From assembly GCF_902652985.1 (NCBI RefSeq), contig NC_047026.1, forward strand, positions 2,703,307-2,767,306: a stretch of 64,000 bases of DNA, in the 5' to 3' direction. This DNA comes from Pecten maximus. Its lineage: Eukaryota. The position numbers and the translations under genes are program-made. Below the pieces are notes generated by a model. The model had not been told where the DNA came from and did no database searches. It saw only the letters and a list, made by a program, of their open reading frames with translations. Numbering within the stretch: position 1 is the stretch's first letter; every line of letters begins with the position of its first letter. This document shows, piece by piece, positions 25,013-37,140 of the stretch.

Positions 25013-25051
<39 letters not shown>
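25009..25051. repeat. T14 followed by G29 homopolymer tract, inside the predicted 3'UTR of the giant minus-strand gene (C29-A14 on the mRNA strand)
   Basis: Visible directly. Confidence 0.9.
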
Positions 25052-25115
25052 TAGTTAGGCAGGAGGAGAAAAATATTAAGAAACAATATCTTTTAACTTT
25101 TTTTCTTGAAGCGTT

Positions 25116-25230
25116 TTAAACATGACATACCCTATTGAAGACTCTTGCTCTGAGACGATTCAGGGAGTAATCTTCGTCTCGTTTCTTTACATACTTCATG
25201 GCCTGCACTTCAGGGAGTTTCTTGTACAAC
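25116..25230 (-). CDS. Giant gene terminal coding exon ((R)LYKKLPEVQAMKYVKKRDEDYSLNRLRARVFNRVCHV*)
   Basis: Acceptor ttctctcag|. The stop TAA is at 25116-25118, matching ORF 25116..25316. LPEV and NRLRA.VF are conserved ALMS-motif positions. Confidence 0.65.
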
Positions 25231-25566
25231 CTGAGAGAAAAGATTTTGCATAAATTTACACCAAAATCATTAATGATTACTTCAGATAATTCAACCCAAT
25301 GAAATAAATGTTCCAATTGTATATTTTATTTTGTTTTGCTGACGATAGAATTCCTAGAAACTTGGGTCAGTAAAGATGGAAAACGTTGCCTTTACAAGTA
25401 CAGAGTGTATTTTTATTCTTTTTTTTTTTTTATAAATATTTTACAATTAAGAACTTGCTTGATTAATTTATATACATTAAATGTCTATTCATGTTACAAC
25501 TTGCCACAATATTTATGCTTGAATTATTAAAATTTAATGAAATAGAAGAAAATCTTTTAAACCAAC

Positions 25567-25630
25567 CTCTTGGTTATTTCTTTCATTTCCTTCTTGGACA
25601 TGGATCGTCTTTTTGGCTTGTGTAGATTTT
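25567..25630 (-). CDS. Giant gene exon ((E)NLHKPKRRSMSKKEMKEITK)
   Basis: Acceptor atttccag| and donor ag|gttggt. The phase is consistent. NLHKPKRRSMSKKEM parallels ALMS1 NLFKPKERCISEKEM. Confidence 0.55.
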
Positions 25631-25872
25631 CTGGAAATGATACAAATGTAAATCTAAAGTTATCAGAATGTCAAAAATAAATAATTTTTCAAAGATGGTG
25701 ATAAATTACTAGCGCCTATATGTGTCCAACAACAGTCTTTATATTAGATCTAGTGATTCGTTCGCTAGTAAAATATGATTCTTGACTACAAAACTGATTG
25801 CATTCATATTGACTATAAATGCCCTGGCCAGGCAGTTCAATGCTTAAGTATTGGGTTGTTGGCTTCACTTAC

Positions 25873-26050
25873 CACTATAAGGATGTGCGTCGGGGTTCGA
25901 CTCTTTCTTGTTGCCTTGGTTGTCAAACAGTTCCTTTCGCTCTTGTTCCAAGTAATGCTGCAGTTGGCGCTCGTGTGCTGCCAACAGGACTCTCTTCTGG
26001 CGCTCACCAACCCGAGATATCGTGTTTGGTTTGAAAGTCTTAAAGGCCTC
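25873..26050 (-). CDS. Giant gene exon carrying the start of the ALMS-like motif (EAFKTFKPNTISRVGERQKRVLLAAHERQLQHYLEQERKELFDNQGNKKESNPDAHPYS)
   Basis: Acceptor tttctttacag| and donor g|gtaagt. SLQEAF..KP..I.R..ER resembles the start of the ALMS-motif consensus. Confidence 0.65.
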
Positions 26051-26213
26051 CTGTAAAGAAATGGTATTCATGCGCTTATAAATACCATCTAAGAAATGTG
26101 TTTCTGACTCTCCAGTTCTAGAATTTTTAGCTAAACTTTTAATAATTTTCTATTTAAATGTATAATTTATATTTACAATTTATAATATTATAATTAACAA
26201 GTATTTCACTAAC

Positions 26214-26494
26214 CTGCAAGGACATTTTATTCAAAGGCTTTGGATCATAATTTTCTTCGTCAGAGCTGTTGGCATCCACATGTCCGTCGTCTTTCCGATG
26301 ACCTTTGGGGTCAAGGTCAAACTTTGTGTCCCGTGATTTATTGAGAATGTCACTACCGACGACAGCCTTCCAGTCTGCTGGGTGCATAGCTTTCGGTTGC
26401 CATGGTTTCTGTTTCACAGCATGTGCTTGCTGCTCCTTAAGAGGCTGTCTCCAAGGTCGGGATTCAGGCAAAGGAATATACCAGGACACGCCCC
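26214..26494 (-). CDS. Giant gene exon ((R)GVSWYIPLPESRPWRQPLKEQQAHAVKQKPWQPKAMHPADWKAVVGSDILNKSRDTKFDLDPKGHRKDDGHVDANSSDEENYDPKPLNKMSLQ)
   Basis: Acceptor tgtttcag| and donor cag|gttagt. Phase 1 in, phase 0 out. Confidence 0.65.
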
Positions 26495-26915
26495 CTGAAA
26501 CATTAAACACAACTAGTAAATAACAGTTATGATATTTTACAATATTTCTATAATATTCATGCATGTTGTTTTTCGACCATTTCTGGGAAGTTTTTTTTTC
26601 TTAATGCTTTACAATGATATCAAGACAAAAAAATGGTGTTTTCTGTTAAATTGTATATGTTTGAAAAAATGAAGTAGGTAATTTTTTTAGAAAAAATATC
26701 ATGACTTTTAACAGTGCTTCCTTGAAAATTGTCATAAGAAAATTTAGGGTAGATACAAATGTAGTGTAAGGAAACTGGAAACATATTATTTCTGTTTATC
26801 AGTTGTTCTGAGCTCAAACATAATTTTAACAACCTATTTTTAGATTAATTAGTTACAGGTTTGTTTAATGACTACATATCTATGCCTATTGCTAGGTTTG
26901 GCCTTAACAACTTAC

Positions 26916-28811
26916 TGTTAGGACTGTCCTGGAGTTTGGCTATACAGGTGTCTTCCGGAGTTTCCGGAGTAAACATCCGAGATTTAGGAGGTGGGACTGC
27001 CTTGGACATGTATCCATAATCAATGTCCGTCTTTGGAGATGGTGACCTTGGCCTCCTCCTAACCTCCTTTGACCTGTCGGGTGACATGCTTATCTCAAAT
27101 GATGTTGTCCTCTTGTTTTCCTGTGACTTTGACCTTGACCTTGACCTTAGAGGTGAACGTGATGATGCAGTACTTTTGTGAGCTGACCTTTGCCTAATAG
27201 GAGAGCGTGTGGTTGACCTGGTGGGTGAGGTCGAGATATTCTTATGCCGTCTCTCTGGTGACATCAGAGGAACTGGGAATGACCCCTCTGTCGTTGTGAG
27301 AGGGGATATAGGGGCTTGTCTGGATAGCCTCCGACACCATTGTGACCTTCCCAGATTTTTTGCTGCGTTGTCGAGGTGGACTGACATGTATGGGAGAAGG
27401 ATACATGGTTGACACAGACTTGTACTTTCGTGACGATGGTGACCTCGATTTCCTTGGCTTTTCAAACTCGTCCACATCTATACCATTATCCTCCATCTGT
27501 GCTAAAAACTCTTCCACGTTTTCTTTATTTCTGCGGTTGAGTTTCGGTTCCTGGTAGATATCGGCGGTACTCGTCTTCGTTTTCTTGTTTTTCTGTTTTC
27601 CTTTCTTTTCACTGCTGAACTTTTCTCCTCTTTGTTTGGCTGAGAACGGCCGATGAAAAATGCTGTCTTCATTTTGCGACTCTGAATCTTCTGTTTGTAC
27701 AGGGCCTTTCATTGGGACCCTCCCTCTTGTTGGGCCCCTACCCTTATCCAGAAATGCTACTTGTCGACTTTTATTTGGAGGCTGGAAGTGTACATCGGTG
27801 CTACTATCTTTTGATGAAGTATCGGCGACAGCAACATTGGAATCTCCCTGCGAGTTGAGAGTCGAATCTGTATCTAAAAGAGTGGACGAATCTGTCATGG
27901 ATATAGACGTTGTTGACGACACCAAGTCTAGTTCAACTCCAATAGCTTTGTCAGAAAGTCTGCCCTTCTGTTTAGCATTGAGCAACATTTCTAATTTCTT
28001 GAGTTTGTCCATTCTACGAATCTCCTTCTTTCTCTCTTTGTCAATTTTATCCCGTTGGTGTATGACCTTGTCGTGGAGTTTAGCCATGAGCGGATCGATG
28101 ACATGACGGCGCCGGTTACGTTTGGCCTTTAACATCAGATCAGATTCATTCAATGCACTCGGTGTTGTTGCTTCAAAGCTTGTGTCCTCTGGTATAGAGT
28201 AAAGTGTGTCTGCACTCTCTCCAAGCTTCTGGGCTCGAGCTGGTTTTGCTTCCTTGTTTCGGTTATTATTCTCCTTATTTTTCTTTTCTTTTTCTGCACG
28301 CTTCTTCTTTTCCTGATGAGCGAGGATCTCGGCGTAACTGCCATTGCTCTCGTCATCTCCACTCAACCTCTTCCTATACTCGGCTTCACGTCTCAATCGC
28401 TCGGCCTCTTTTCGTTGCCTTGCTGATTTTTCCACTTCCTGTTTCTGAGTTGTCTGCCCTTCATCTGCCTCTTCATTCAATGTGTTAAGCTCTTTCATCA
28501 ACCGGTTCTCCTTAGCACGTTCATACGTAACATCGTCCATGTACTTCTGGACAACATGCTTTGTGGGGTTCTTAATTAAGCTCGTAAGTGTATCCATCCG
28601 CGGGGTGTTCATACTGCTCTCGCTGGCATTGCTGGGATCCACATCCTTAAACCTCTGCCACATGTCGTTGATGTTTGGATGGACTGACTCACGATATTCC
28701 TTCTCAAGACTCTCACGAAGGATGACAACGCGCTTGCTGGGAGGCCTCTTGTCGAACTCTTCATCATATTCACTCTCATCGTCCACCAAGGGAACAAATT
28801 TGTGTTGAGAC
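26916..28811 (-). CDS. Giant gene large exon ((R)SQHKFVPLVDDESEYDEEF... coiled-coil K/E/R-rich segment ...SP/RS-rich tail ...LQDSPN)
   Basis: Acceptor atctgtag| and donor a|gtaagt. ORFs 27242..28789 and 26872..27477 overlap by 235 nt in frames offset by 1, a second frame break. The length is 1896 nt, so the boundary phases require a net shift of 1 nt. Confidence 0.6.
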
Positions 28812-29088
28812 CTACAGATGAAAGAAAGATTTCAGTTGTATACAATTTTTTTTTGTCTTCCATACCAAGTCCCTTGAATTACATACTTTTTTCAAAATTC
28901 TCCCAAAATGACCTTTGACCTGTAACCTTTAAACAATGATCAACTGACCCCTGATCTGTACACTTATTCATCTGTTAGTTGACCCCTGACCTGACCTCAC
29001 TGAATTGTGACCTTTGAAGTTTTAATTGACCCCTGTTTTGTGACCCCCAAACAACTATTAGCTGACCTTCGACCCTTTATGCACTTAC

Positions 29089-29189
29089 CTGGCTTTCATC
29101 TCCAGGTCCCTGATCAGTTTGTCCCGTTTCTCCTTCAGCAGTTTTTCTTTCTCCTCATTTATAGCATCCTCAAAGTCAGAATCAGGCAG
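29089..29189 (-). CDS. Giant gene exon (LPDSDFEDAINEEKEKLLKEKRDKLIRDLEMKA)
   Basis: Acceptor ctgacacag| and donor ag|gtaagt. Phase 0 in, phase 2 out. Confidence 0.65.
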
Positions 29190-29894
29190 CTGTGTCAGAC
29201 AATGAACAAGCATGTTATATCATGTGTTAATCTTAGTAAGCAATACTTATAGCAAAGAAAATATGTCACACTGATGTGATGTCATAGATAATTTATGATG
29301 TCATAATAAAAACATGGAAATCACACAATTGTCCATAGGGGAAAATATACCATCCAAGTCGAAAATGGCCTATCTTATGTAGAAATTGATTTGAGTTCTA
29401 ATTTACATTACGCATAAATATGAGTCAAGTGATCAACAGAATCTTACACTTGTGGATATACAAACTGGACATGAGGAATTGAAATTATACATGTTTACAA
29501 ATAATATTAAAGTGATTAAACATTTAACAACAAAGTAGAAAACTTTGGAGATAGAAAACACTTCAAATCTGAAATAAAAATTTAAGCCATGTTAATCTGG
29601 GCCGTTTTCGTTTTTGCGGTCCGAACGGTTAATCAAGTTGGACCGGTGTTGTTCGTTTATGAAATTAAGACGGACCTGGTGATTTTATATTGTTTTTAGA
29701 CGAGCCTTGACAAAGACTTCCAAGGCCTGTATTAACATTTGCAGGTCTGTCAAGATATATGTCTGAAATATTACATTTAGAAAACTGACAAACCGGTTTG
29801 TCCGCATAAACGAACAGGCCCATGCAGTGTCTGGGTTAAGGGGAGATAATCACACTACCCAGCACACAGAGGTAATATATATGTGTATAATCAC

Positions 29895-31335
29895 CTGCTC
29901 AAGCTCCCTAAACTGCCCATCTCCCTCTGGGTCCGTGTAAGCAGATCCTCGAGGATTATCGCGGTCCGAGTTCCTACCCATCACCTCAGCGAAATCTGCC
30001 CCTGGCTCCAAGGGTCGGGCTATCAGCCCTGGGCCTGGTTCAAGAGGTCTGTCTATCCGCGGTTCAAGTGGGTGGTCAGCACCTGGATTGTAGCCTCGGT
30101 CCACTGGTTGTCCAGTTTTATCACAGTAGGTGGCCGTGACCTCAACTCTGCCATCAGCCCTGGTTTTGATTTGCCCACGATGGACTCATGAGTCGCTGAC
30201 GCTCAGCCTGGGTGACATACTCTACTGGTGCATTATCTCCCCTTGATCTGTACCGACCATCAATACCACCGTTATCTGATGTGCCCCGTCCAGTCTCTCG
30301 TCTATTTTGATAGATCTCCCTATCAGAGTGGTAGTTATCTCTTGCAGACGGGCGCTGATAGATGTCTCTTGCATCTAGTTCTCTGTAATGTTCTCCTGGT
30401 TCAAGTGACCTTGACCTCAATCTAGGATTGTAATCAATTTCTTTGTCCAAAGGATCAAATTTCTCTAGATCTTTATAGTCTTTTCCTCTCTCCAAAGATC
30501 TCTGTTGAAGCCTCTCTTCCATGTACTTTGCCATATGATCCTGGGCTTGACCTGGCTTGGGGCTTCCCCTGCCGCCAGCAATCGCTGGGGAATCCATTGT
30601 CGTATGATGAGAGAAAATTGGAGATGGTTGGCATGACAACTCCATTAACCTTGTGTTGTGAACTGGTGAGGAATTCCTGTGACTCTCTGGACTGAGGGCA
30701 ATAAGATCTGTCTCTGACTTTGACCTTGACCTTGTGGCCCCGACAGGGTCCTGTTGGTAGTAGTTCCTTCCTTCAGAGTACCTGTCCAAAGGGTAGACAG
30801 ACAGGTCACCCTCCCGGCCTGGGTGTGGGGTGAAGATGTCGCCAGGGTCCGACCTTGTAGTGACAGACAGGGGATCGTCTTTACTTTCTGTACCACTGTT
30901 AATTCTCTCCTTGGGTCGCGTCTCTGTGGAGGTCAGTCCTGAATAATCTGATCCAATACTTCTATATCTATGACTGCTGGTTCCTGTGTCAGCTGCGAAT
31001 CGGTTGCCAAGGAAGTCATCCCCAGGCACCAGACGGCGTTCATCCCTGTGCTGACTTTCTGATGCCAGTCTGGAGGGATTGTAACTCCCTTGATATTCTC
31101 GGTCTTTCAAGGGCAGATCACTCCGTGAACGAAGGTCCGCAGAAGTTGGTTTTGAGCTCCTGTATGGCACAACCTCATCCTGGTCACTTTCCTGTCTCCC
31201 GGGACGACCTGAGAGGAGTTCAAGGCCACTGTCTGGACGTTGTTCTGTTGAAACAGTGTTATCTCCCCTTGAATTGCCGGAATGCATGGATCTCCTGTCT
31301 AAGCCACTGTCTGTCCCAGACTTATCCCGGTCATC
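29895..31335 (-). CDS. Giant gene large exon (DDRDKSGTDSGLDRRSMHSGNSRGDNTV...YVTQAERQRLMSPSW... then (D/H)RPLEPG repeats ...FRELEQ)
   Basis: Acceptor tgttgacag| and donor cag|gtgatt. ORFs 30154..31287 and 29850..30104 sit in frames offset by +1 around 30104-30156, so the exon holds a frame break: either a 1-bp indel or a very short intron (for example a 55-nt candidate, 30146..30200). Confidence 0.6.
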
Positions 31336-31792
31336 CTGTCAACACAGAATAAAAAAATTTAAAATTTAAACCCCCACCAAAAACTAGGATTTTAAAGATT
31401 TACTTGAATGTATCTTTTTCACCAAACCAGCCTTTCAGTGTAACAATGTAAATCCACTTTGCACAAATATGGATTTTTTTTTGTAAATAAAATCATTTTT
31501 TCTCCTACTAAATAAGGAGTATACCTTTACCCTTCTGTGGTCAGATCAATGACGAGCAGTCGCACCATGTAACCTAAAATTATTTCTATTGGGCTTGGTG
31601 CTCCAATTAATAAGTGAAAACCCTTATTTTAGAGTCAGTTCACTATCTCTCTAATTTCAATATAATGATTCTTTACATAAGCAATTGATATGTTGTCCCA
31701 TTATTCAAACATTTTGTACAGTCTGATAAATCTCTGATTGGTTGAGGTAATGGTGTTTCATATAATCTTGAAAATCAAAATACCCAACCCTC

Positions 31793-32000
31793 CCCCGCGG
31801 TGGTTAAGGTGTCCCGACATTTTATCACTAGCCCTCCACCACTGAGTTGCGAGTTCGAAACCCAAGTGGGACAGTTGCCTGGTACTGACAGTAGGCCGGT
31901 GGTTTTTCTCCAGGTACCCCAGCTTTCCTCCACCTCCAAAACCTGACACGTCCTTAAATGACCCTGGCTGTTAATAGGACGTTAACTGAAAACAAACAAA
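31793..32000 (+). mobile_element. tRNA-derived SINE, copy 3, 5'-truncated, in an intron of the giant minus-strand gene and antisense to it
   Basis: Same family as the other two copies. Confidence 0.65.
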
Positions 32001-32049
32001 CACCCCTCCCCCCTCCTAGTCTTCCATCCTATATACAATGACCACTTAC

Positions 32050-32189
32050 CACCAAGGATTTCTCCTCAATAGTGGAGAGTCCATCAGATGAAGGTTTGTG
32101 ATTACTGTAGATACCGCCAGATTTAGGGCCGTCCAGTCTTGATCCCAGGCAATGGGAAGGGAATGATGGCCCAATCGCGTCATCGGAAC
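32050..32189 (-). CDS. Giant gene exon ((G)SDDAIGPSFPSHCLGSRLDGPKSGGIYSNHKPSSDGLSTIEEKSLV)
   Basis: Donor gtg|gtaagt. Acceptor tgttgtag| (phase 1). An alternative acceptor ttcttcag| at 32219 would add LIVDVAHVV. Confidence 0.55.
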
Positions 32190-33840
32190 CTACAACATGG
32201 GCAACGTCGACAATTAGCTGAAGAAACAACAGTTCTGTGGTCTACATACACATCGACCATTCTGGCCCGAATTAGCACAGTGTGCTTGCAAAGAATGGTG
32301 TACTTATTGAAACTATTCTACGAGATAAGTTCTGTGTCAAATCAGGGTTGAAAGGAAAATCATGTATTTTTTTTTTTTTTTTTTTTCAGAAATTGAAAAC
32401 TATGGATAATATCGGTAGATCAAGTCACACAAGCAACTTTTTCAAATGCGTTGAGCCTTTGATCAAGCATACCCATCCCCTTTCTTGTTGGAAAAAGTGT
32501 GTCTATGTTTGAGCAGTCACACTTAAAAAGAAATGAATACAACATAATTTGGAGTTTGCCTGAAAGTTGTGTTCAGACCACCATTTCTCTGATCTCCAGC
32601 AACGGGTAATCTTATTTGGTTGACAAATAAATATTTAACAAATAAGGAGCAAAATTATTTTACATTGAAATTAAAACAAAATAGCCGAACAGTTTTTTGC
32701 GACTTAATTCATTCTACATTTAATCTTGTAGTAGCTAATATCTCAGATAGAGGCAGCAGTTTCCAATTAATAACTTTGCGATATTCACGGTACCACTGTA
32801 ATTATTTTATTAAGTTGACAGATATTACACATGTAAATATGAGGTTATTATTAATAGGCTATATAGATACATGCGAGTTAAGCACAATTATACAGTCAAG
32901 TTAAAAAGACAATAAATATAAAAGAAGTTAAGAACATTTTCCTAATTATTAACAATAAATCAAATACATCTCCTGCTGTGTTAAAATTAATTTTGCCAAA
33001 TTTTTTCTCTCTCTTTCTGAAATGAAAATTAATCAACCTGTAATAATTGTCACACTTTTCCATCCCTTTTAAGCTTTAAAAACATGCATCCAGTACAAAG
33101 TTATGTATATACACACAAATATACATAAACAGGGCCTACAGGATAAAACACATACTGATATTATACATAAACTGGGCCTTCTCATACAAATACTAGTGCA
33201 GACTGTCAGCTGAAAGAATTACTTATATTACCAGGAATATACGAAATGTACATATAGACCTGCCTACGGTCAGATATACCTGGTATGAGTTTAAAGATGA
33301 CCTACTCAAACACTTGCTATTATAAACAGGGCTTAATTCAGAGGAATATGAACAGACAGCTGAAGTTATTAAATATTAATAAGCAGACACCTGTCAAGGG
33401 TGTTTCAGGATATCTAATTGTATGGGATTAATATTGATCAATTCTTAGCTTTCGTAGCTCAACCTATACCTTCGTATCTACAGTAACAGACTGGACCTAT
33501 TGAATATATCTAATAAACACCAAGTTATACAAAACTGACAGATATTGTTTACCATGCTCATTACTGGAAATGTATGAATTATCGTGGGTTCCAAATTTGA
33601 TATTTAAAATCAGTTGAATTATACATTAAACAGACAGACAGTTATCGTCAGTAAATTACCTATCAATATTCTATAAAGATTAGACACAACTTTTGTAAAT
33701 ATAATTTTACCAATTTAAATTTGTTAAAATCTGTTATGTCACAATTTCTACGAAGCGGAAATAAAAACGACATTTGTTACAGTTACATGTAGCGATTATT
33801 GTTAGGCCTTGTATTATAGAAACAACCAACAACGGGATAC

Positions 33841-34665
33841 CTCGGGGGTCCTTCCACGAGACGCTGTGTCGTCCACCGACATAGTCACTATGGAAACCAT
33901 AATGACGTTCCTTGTAATCACCATGACGACCTAGACCATTCTGATAATCTTTGCGATAATCTCTCATGTAATCAGAAGAAAAGTTAGTTTTTCCGTGATC
34001 ACGCTGGTATTCCTTCCTCTCGGAGTTATAAACATGTGATTTACGATGATCGTTTTCCGAATGAATATCACCGACAACATCGAGTTTGCTATTATTTTGT
34101 TTCTCGTAATCACGTTTGTGTTTATCACTGTCGTATTTGCGATAATCAGAATAAGTTCCAGATTTGTAATCCAATTTCTGTGTATAATCGTTAAATTTGT
34201 TAGGGGTGTCGACCGACGACGTATAACCGTTATATTTGGTTTGTGTGTCGACTGACGAGGTAGAACCGTTATATTTATTCTGGGTATTGGCCGATGGTGT
34301 ATAACCATTATATTTGGTTTTGGTGTCGACCGATGGCGTACAACCGTTATATTTGTTATGGGTGTCGACCGATGGCGTATAACCGTTATATTTGGTTTTG
34401 GTGTTGACCGATGGTGTATAACCGTTATAATTGGTTTTGGTATCGGCCGACAGCGTAGAACCATTATATTTGTTCTGAGTATCGCCCGATGGTGTATAAC
34501 CGTCATATTTGCTTTTGTAATCAGTGGGATAGCTCTTGTAAGTATCGGCGGGAGTGGTCTGGTCGTCACGGAGATATTTGAAAGTATCGTCACTATGGTC
34601 CCAGTTTCTGTATGCGTCGTCTGTAGTACAATAAAAATATTCTCCTGTACTGGCCACAGAAATAA
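33841..34665 (-). CDS. Giant gene exon: a Tyr-rich region with about 9 tandem 12-aa repeats (KYNGYTPSVDTxT), followed by a DY/RK-rich stretch
   Basis: ORF 33734..34657. Donor cga g|gtatcc at 33835-33840 with phase 1. The overlapping ORF 33964..34593 in the other frame hits a stop before the donor. The 5' boundary is uncertain; a weak acceptor attgtag| at 34666 keeps phase with the upstream exon. Confidence 0.5.
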
Positions 34666-36102
34666 CTACAATGTCTACTCTACACTTATAATTAAATACG
34701 TAACTTCCGTTAACGTTCTATTGAATTATTCGAAGAAGGGCAATTATATAAATAAACATTGTTTTAGATCTACTGGCAATCAGTCATTTAGGAGGGAAAT
34801 AATTTTAAGAAAATTTCCTGAAAGAAAATGTCAATCTTAATTTGCCAGCTTAAAAGTCTACAAGTCTCCAACTTAAATCAGCACATACACTCTCTCAACT
34901 TTTTTCACAACATAATCGAAATCCCAATACATAACAACTTTTCAAAGATACAAGATTAGTCCACTAATTTTGCAAGACTTTAATCTCACAGTACTGGGTA
35001 AAGCTTTAATCAATGAAAGTGAAAAGTGAATTGCACAGCGCAGTGCCTTAGCATTTATCTCGGAGTAGTTACACCTATCAATCAGTCTTTAGACCTGTCA
35101 ATCATGATGCCAGGAAACGAAAAAGTCTTTAAATCTCACTAAAAAGCCCAAGCTGCAATGAAGCTATTTAACTAATACTAGGGGTGTAACCCTTGGATTT
35201 TGAAAATGGGAATTATCACTTGGAATGGTATTCATGATTTTTCCTGAGCTTTAATATATGTCCAATACATTGTATACTGACTTTCATTATACTGGCATTA
35301 ATTAGCAGAACCAGAAATGTACCCAGGTAAGACTTAATGAATTTAAAAGGAAGCAGATCTAGATTGAAAAGACAATCAAATCACAAATAAAAACATAATT
35401 TGAAACAACTTGTGTGCTATTAGCACAAATGACTCAAACAAAAATGTTTGTTTTTGAAACATAAAAAAAAAAAAAAAAATGAAAAAAATAACCATGAACA
35501 AATTAGAATTATACCAACCATCACTCAGGATGTAAAATGGGTTATCTAAGAAAAAGAAATGAAAGAATGGCTCATTCCGAGGTCATTTACACACTGACAC
35601 AGTGATTTGAAACTGGTACAAGGAACATCGGGGGAAGGATGACATGCTTGGAGTGTAAAATTAAAACCAGGTTTCTGGGGTCAAATCAGAAAAATTACGG
35701 AAAAAAATTCACAAAATTCAATCATGTCCAACAGATGAAAGCAATTTCAAATCTTTTAAGAAGTATTTCACACATAAGGAAAGGTCAAATGAAATTTATA
35801 TTTGGTTTGTATACTGACTAGAGTATAAACACAAAGATTTGATATACAACAACAGAGATATTATGTACCTAGCAAGGTTAACTACAGATGATACGTATAC
35901 AATTGTATATATAATATACACAGATATACTGAAGTAGAGAAGCCAAATTATAGGTATAATTTTTCAATTTCATAATGTCAAAATCTGTTTTTCAACATAA
36001 ATTAAAGAAAGTGAATTCGAAGAGGCCAATTATAATTTCATAAAAAAATGTATCTTTTTAAATTGTTACTGTGATCTACCAGGTAATTTTATTTTTTGTC
36101 TA

Positions 36103-36289
36103 CTGTAAACGTGGAAATTTACGCGAGGGGGAAATTTACGCTAATTACACGGAGTCCTTTTGATCGCGAGAATTTCCCCAACACGTATTATTTTGATATC
36201 ATTTGAATAATCTCGAACTACAAACGAAGGTGGATCGACCGCGAAAATTACCCCAAGGCTAATAGTTTACATATCGAAATCGCGAAATT

Positions 36290-36329
<40 letters not shown>

Positions 36330-36348
36330 AAAATAACCACGTTTACAG
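36103..36348 (+). mobile_element. MITE copy 3, with its internal C5 expanded to C37 (36292-36328)
   Basis: The terminal inverted repeats are intact and flanked by ta...ta. Confidence 0.65.
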
Positions 36349-37140
36349 TATCTTAAATAAAAAGAAGTTAATTACTTGAACCTCTAAGAAAACTTGGACT
36401 CTGCATGTCACATGCCTCCAGAGATTTTCAGTATAAGATAATATTATAACTATAGTATAGAATATGTACCTGTGCTTGTATGAATATATTATGTATGATA
36501 CTTAAATACATAAAGTGAAGTTGATTTGTTCAATTTAAAATTTCTTATCACTCAGATTGGAACATAGGAAGGATTAGCAGAGAAAGAAGGAGTGATAGAC
36601 AGAGGGAGATTCACCTGAGTGTGAGCTTTCCATGGTAGAATTTACAGCTGCAAAGAATCGGCAATGGAAGATATATTACCAGTTTATACAACATGCGAGT
36701 CAGAGGATGAAGTGTCCAGTAAATAGTGTGTAAAGATGATATACCATGCACTTCTTTATCCATCAACTACATCATGAACATTCCTAAGAAGTAATGGCTA
36801 AACAAATGACTCATGCATGCTGTACCAAAAAGAAACAGGACAGAAATTTGTGTTTTTGCAAAGCAGAACCACACAGCAAAATATTTCTATATCAAACCCC
36901 TTATCACTCACAAGATCACTATTACCTATGGGCCTCTATAACAAATCCCTGAGGACCTGTGAGTTCACTATTGGCATATAACGAACTACTGTGGATCTTT
37001 AAGTTCAATATGGATCTGTAAAAAATCCCTGAAGATCTGTGGGTTCACTTTTAGCCTGTAACAAATCCCTGAGGACTTATGAGTTCACTATGGGCCCATA
37101 ACAAATTACTGAGGATATGCAAGTTCACTATGGGTCTAAG
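36349..37140 (+). repeat. Segmental repeat unit U, copy 1 (about 790 bp), immediately 3' of MITE copy 3. It ends in a 40-bp tandem sub-array
   Basis: More than 95% identical to 38432-39230. Confidence 0.8.

Noticed and set aside
32282-32904. Small + strand ORFs in the intron between giant-gene exons
   Set aside because: They have no homology and no splice context, and the region is AT-rich and low-complexity.
33964-34593. Alternative 209-aa frame through the Tyr-repeat exon (ITVIHHRSTPKPN repeats)
   Set aside because: That frame hits a stop at 33964 before reaching the donor at 33835 and is phase-incompatible with the flanking exons. The Tyr-rich frame is used instead.
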